Both the position numbers and the translations under genes were made by a program. Of a DNA stretch of 64,000 nt, positions 62,088-64,000 are shown piece by piece. This stretch comes from Mercenaria mercenaria (taxonomy: Eukaryota). Under the pieces are notes generated by a model, which was given only the letters and a program-made list of their open reading frames with translations, had not been told where the DNA came from and did not search any database. The stretch spans positions 64,348,221 through 64,412,220 of the forward strand of contig NC_069372.1 in assembly GCF_021730395.1 (NCBI RefSeq), in the 5' to 3' direction. Numbering within the stretch: position 1 is the first letter of the stretch; each line of letters begins with the position of its first letter.

Positions 62088-64000
62088 TTATCGTTAATCA
62101 CTTTTTCGCCTGGATTTTTTCATTTGAGTTTAATGGATAAAATTAGTCATAAATGGGAATTCTTCTACCATTAGTTATTGCAAACTGACAATAACACAAA
62201 AAATTGTCATCAATTTCTATAAACTTACCAGTCTCTTACAGTATCAATTGCATTTATAGGTTTTATGTTTACGACAATATAAGCGTATTATTTAAACTTG
62301 TATAAAACATGTTACTATTCCATTCAAAGCTTACTGTTGCCTAATGGATGATATTTTTGTCAGGAGTTTGGAGAACATCTAAATAAAAATTGATGAGAAG
62401 ATAACGTTTAAAATACCAGATTTTTTTTTACAATCGTTTTTTTTTGCATGTAGTCCACATTGTACATTATTAACTATTAATTCACAAGAACACCTTTCTT
62501 GAACATTTATAATCATCATACCTTCTAGTATTATGCTTTATATTATATGAAAGTTGAATGTGACTCATTCTGTACAAATTACTCTTATATCACAGCAGTA
62601 ATTTGGTAAATTATAAATGTCAGTTTTTTTAATATTCAAATTATTACAATGCCTGTAAACGTACAGAATAGAGTGGCTTCTTATTCATTATACTTTGGGC
62701 ATAGATATTATTATGTTATTTCTATCCTACTGGTACGTTTTATAACGTACGAATTAAAGATTAGACAATTACTAAATTTACACTGTGTAAATGATTTCTT
62801 CTTTAATGTCGTTTATCACCGTCATCTATATATAGAAATATCACATTTATATACAAATATATAAATGTTGTAATTTCTGCTGGGTTCTCAATTAAAGTAT
62901 GGATGACGAATGGATGACATTGTATTCGTCATACACATATTTAATAGAAAACCAGTCTGTGTTTTCCATATAGAATAAAATATTTAACGAAGTTTGAGCC
63001 AGGAATAATTATCTCATTTAATGTCTCCTTTAACGTAGTACGTCTGCAAACTCGCTAGAATCACTGGCTTTCAACCTTGTATGAATGTCATTGAATTATC
63101 AAAGAAATGAAAAATACGTCTCATACATTATTCGGTTCTCCTCACAGTTATCCGTGTCAAATTGATGAAAGTAAATTTGAATTTTGTATTCAAGATACAT
63201 TAGTAATGGGTTCTGTCATATAATGAACTTGATTTATAAATCAAGGGAATTGGATTATCAAGAAACAAGGACGTGCTTATTGATTTCTTATAAAAATTCT
63301 AACTTACCGTCAAAATCTAAAATGTCTTCCTTGTCATGGTATGATAACGGCATAATTTTGTTTTTGGAATGATTTTCTTCACTGAACAATGACATGCGCT
63401 AGATTATAAATTCAATAAATTTATGTGTATTTTTGTGACTTTCAAAAGCACAGTTTATGATCGTAGAATGAATAAAAAAGTATACTGGTTATATTCAATT
63501 AAATAGCATTATTAACGGCTTAACTAGATGTATTCTAAATCAAAAGTATGTGCGTTTGCTAATTGCTAAAATAATGGCAAAATAAAAGTTGTGCTAGAAT
63601 ACGTGTTAAAGATATGCAATTGCCATCGTTGACTAAAACATTTCATCTTTAGGTTTTTACATAAAATGGAGAAATTCCTCATGCAAGGTATTTAATTTTA
63701 CTAAAAATATACATAAATAGTGTGTGTAGAGCTGCATTTGTAATTAAATGTCATGCAGTAACTGTCAATAGTTAAAAACAAAAACTTCCAATTGTTGAGT
63801 GATGTACACATTATGTATATTGATAAATGGAATACTTTTGTATTGCAATTAACATATGATACATAAACATGATCGGCCATGTTGATTTATTTATAGATGT
63901 AAGTTTGTTAGTTATACGTTTGTGTCACTTGAAAAGACAAATACCAGGCTCAATTTTCACTAGACTATCAATTTCTGAAATTTAGTGTCAGAACTGATGG

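Overview
This window is eukaryotic, repeat-rich genomic DNA, most likely from a bivalve mollusc (oyster-like). That call is an inference from the repeat families present: tRNA-derived SINEs with a conserved central core, Helentron/HINE-like elements carrying satellite arrays, and foldback MITEs. Splice sites are GT-AG. There are no prokaryotic features: no CRISPR, no operons.

Three things stand out.

1. About 1-14.9 kb holds the 3' two-thirds of a host gene on the + strand. Twelve exons can be read directly, plus one weak upstream candidate. They encode an ortholog of BRCA1-associated protein BRAP/IMP, recognisable by its RING finger (CPVCLERM...LCNHAFH..CLDKW...CPVCRYC), its UBP-type zinc finger ([15 protein letters not shown]...HTYAME) and its C-terminal coiled coil. 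The introns are filled with SINEs, Helentron-like satellite-bearing elements and a 60-bp minisatellite derived from one of the gene's own splice acceptors.

2. About 56.6-61.3 kb is a near-full-length non-LTR retrotransposon. It has an L1-like ORF1 (coiled coil plus RRM-like domain plus RG-rich tail) and an ORF2 with APE endonuclease, reverse transcriptase (YADD) and a C-terminal Cys/His motif. ORF1 and ORF2 lie in one continuous frame, broken only by a TAG at 57816-57818 and a TAA at 59475-59477.

3. About 15-56 kb is AT-rich intergenic DNA built from repeats:
- a ~2.4 kb 60-bp minisatellite that produces spurious open reading frames on both strands;
- a ~6 kb tandem segmental duplication (29.1-35.4 kb versus 36.3-41.2 kb), with insertions that differ between the two copies;
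- several foldback and palindromic MITEs, including one Stowaway-like (TA target-site duplication, TSD), one PIF-like (TTA TSD) and one ~720-bp foldback;
- an array of ~150-bp repeats carrying nuclear-receptor half-site motifs.

I did not find a discrete novel 'system' beyond these. The most unusual items are the in-frame ORF1-stop-ORF2 LINE and the splice-acceptor-derived minisatellite in the BRAP intron.
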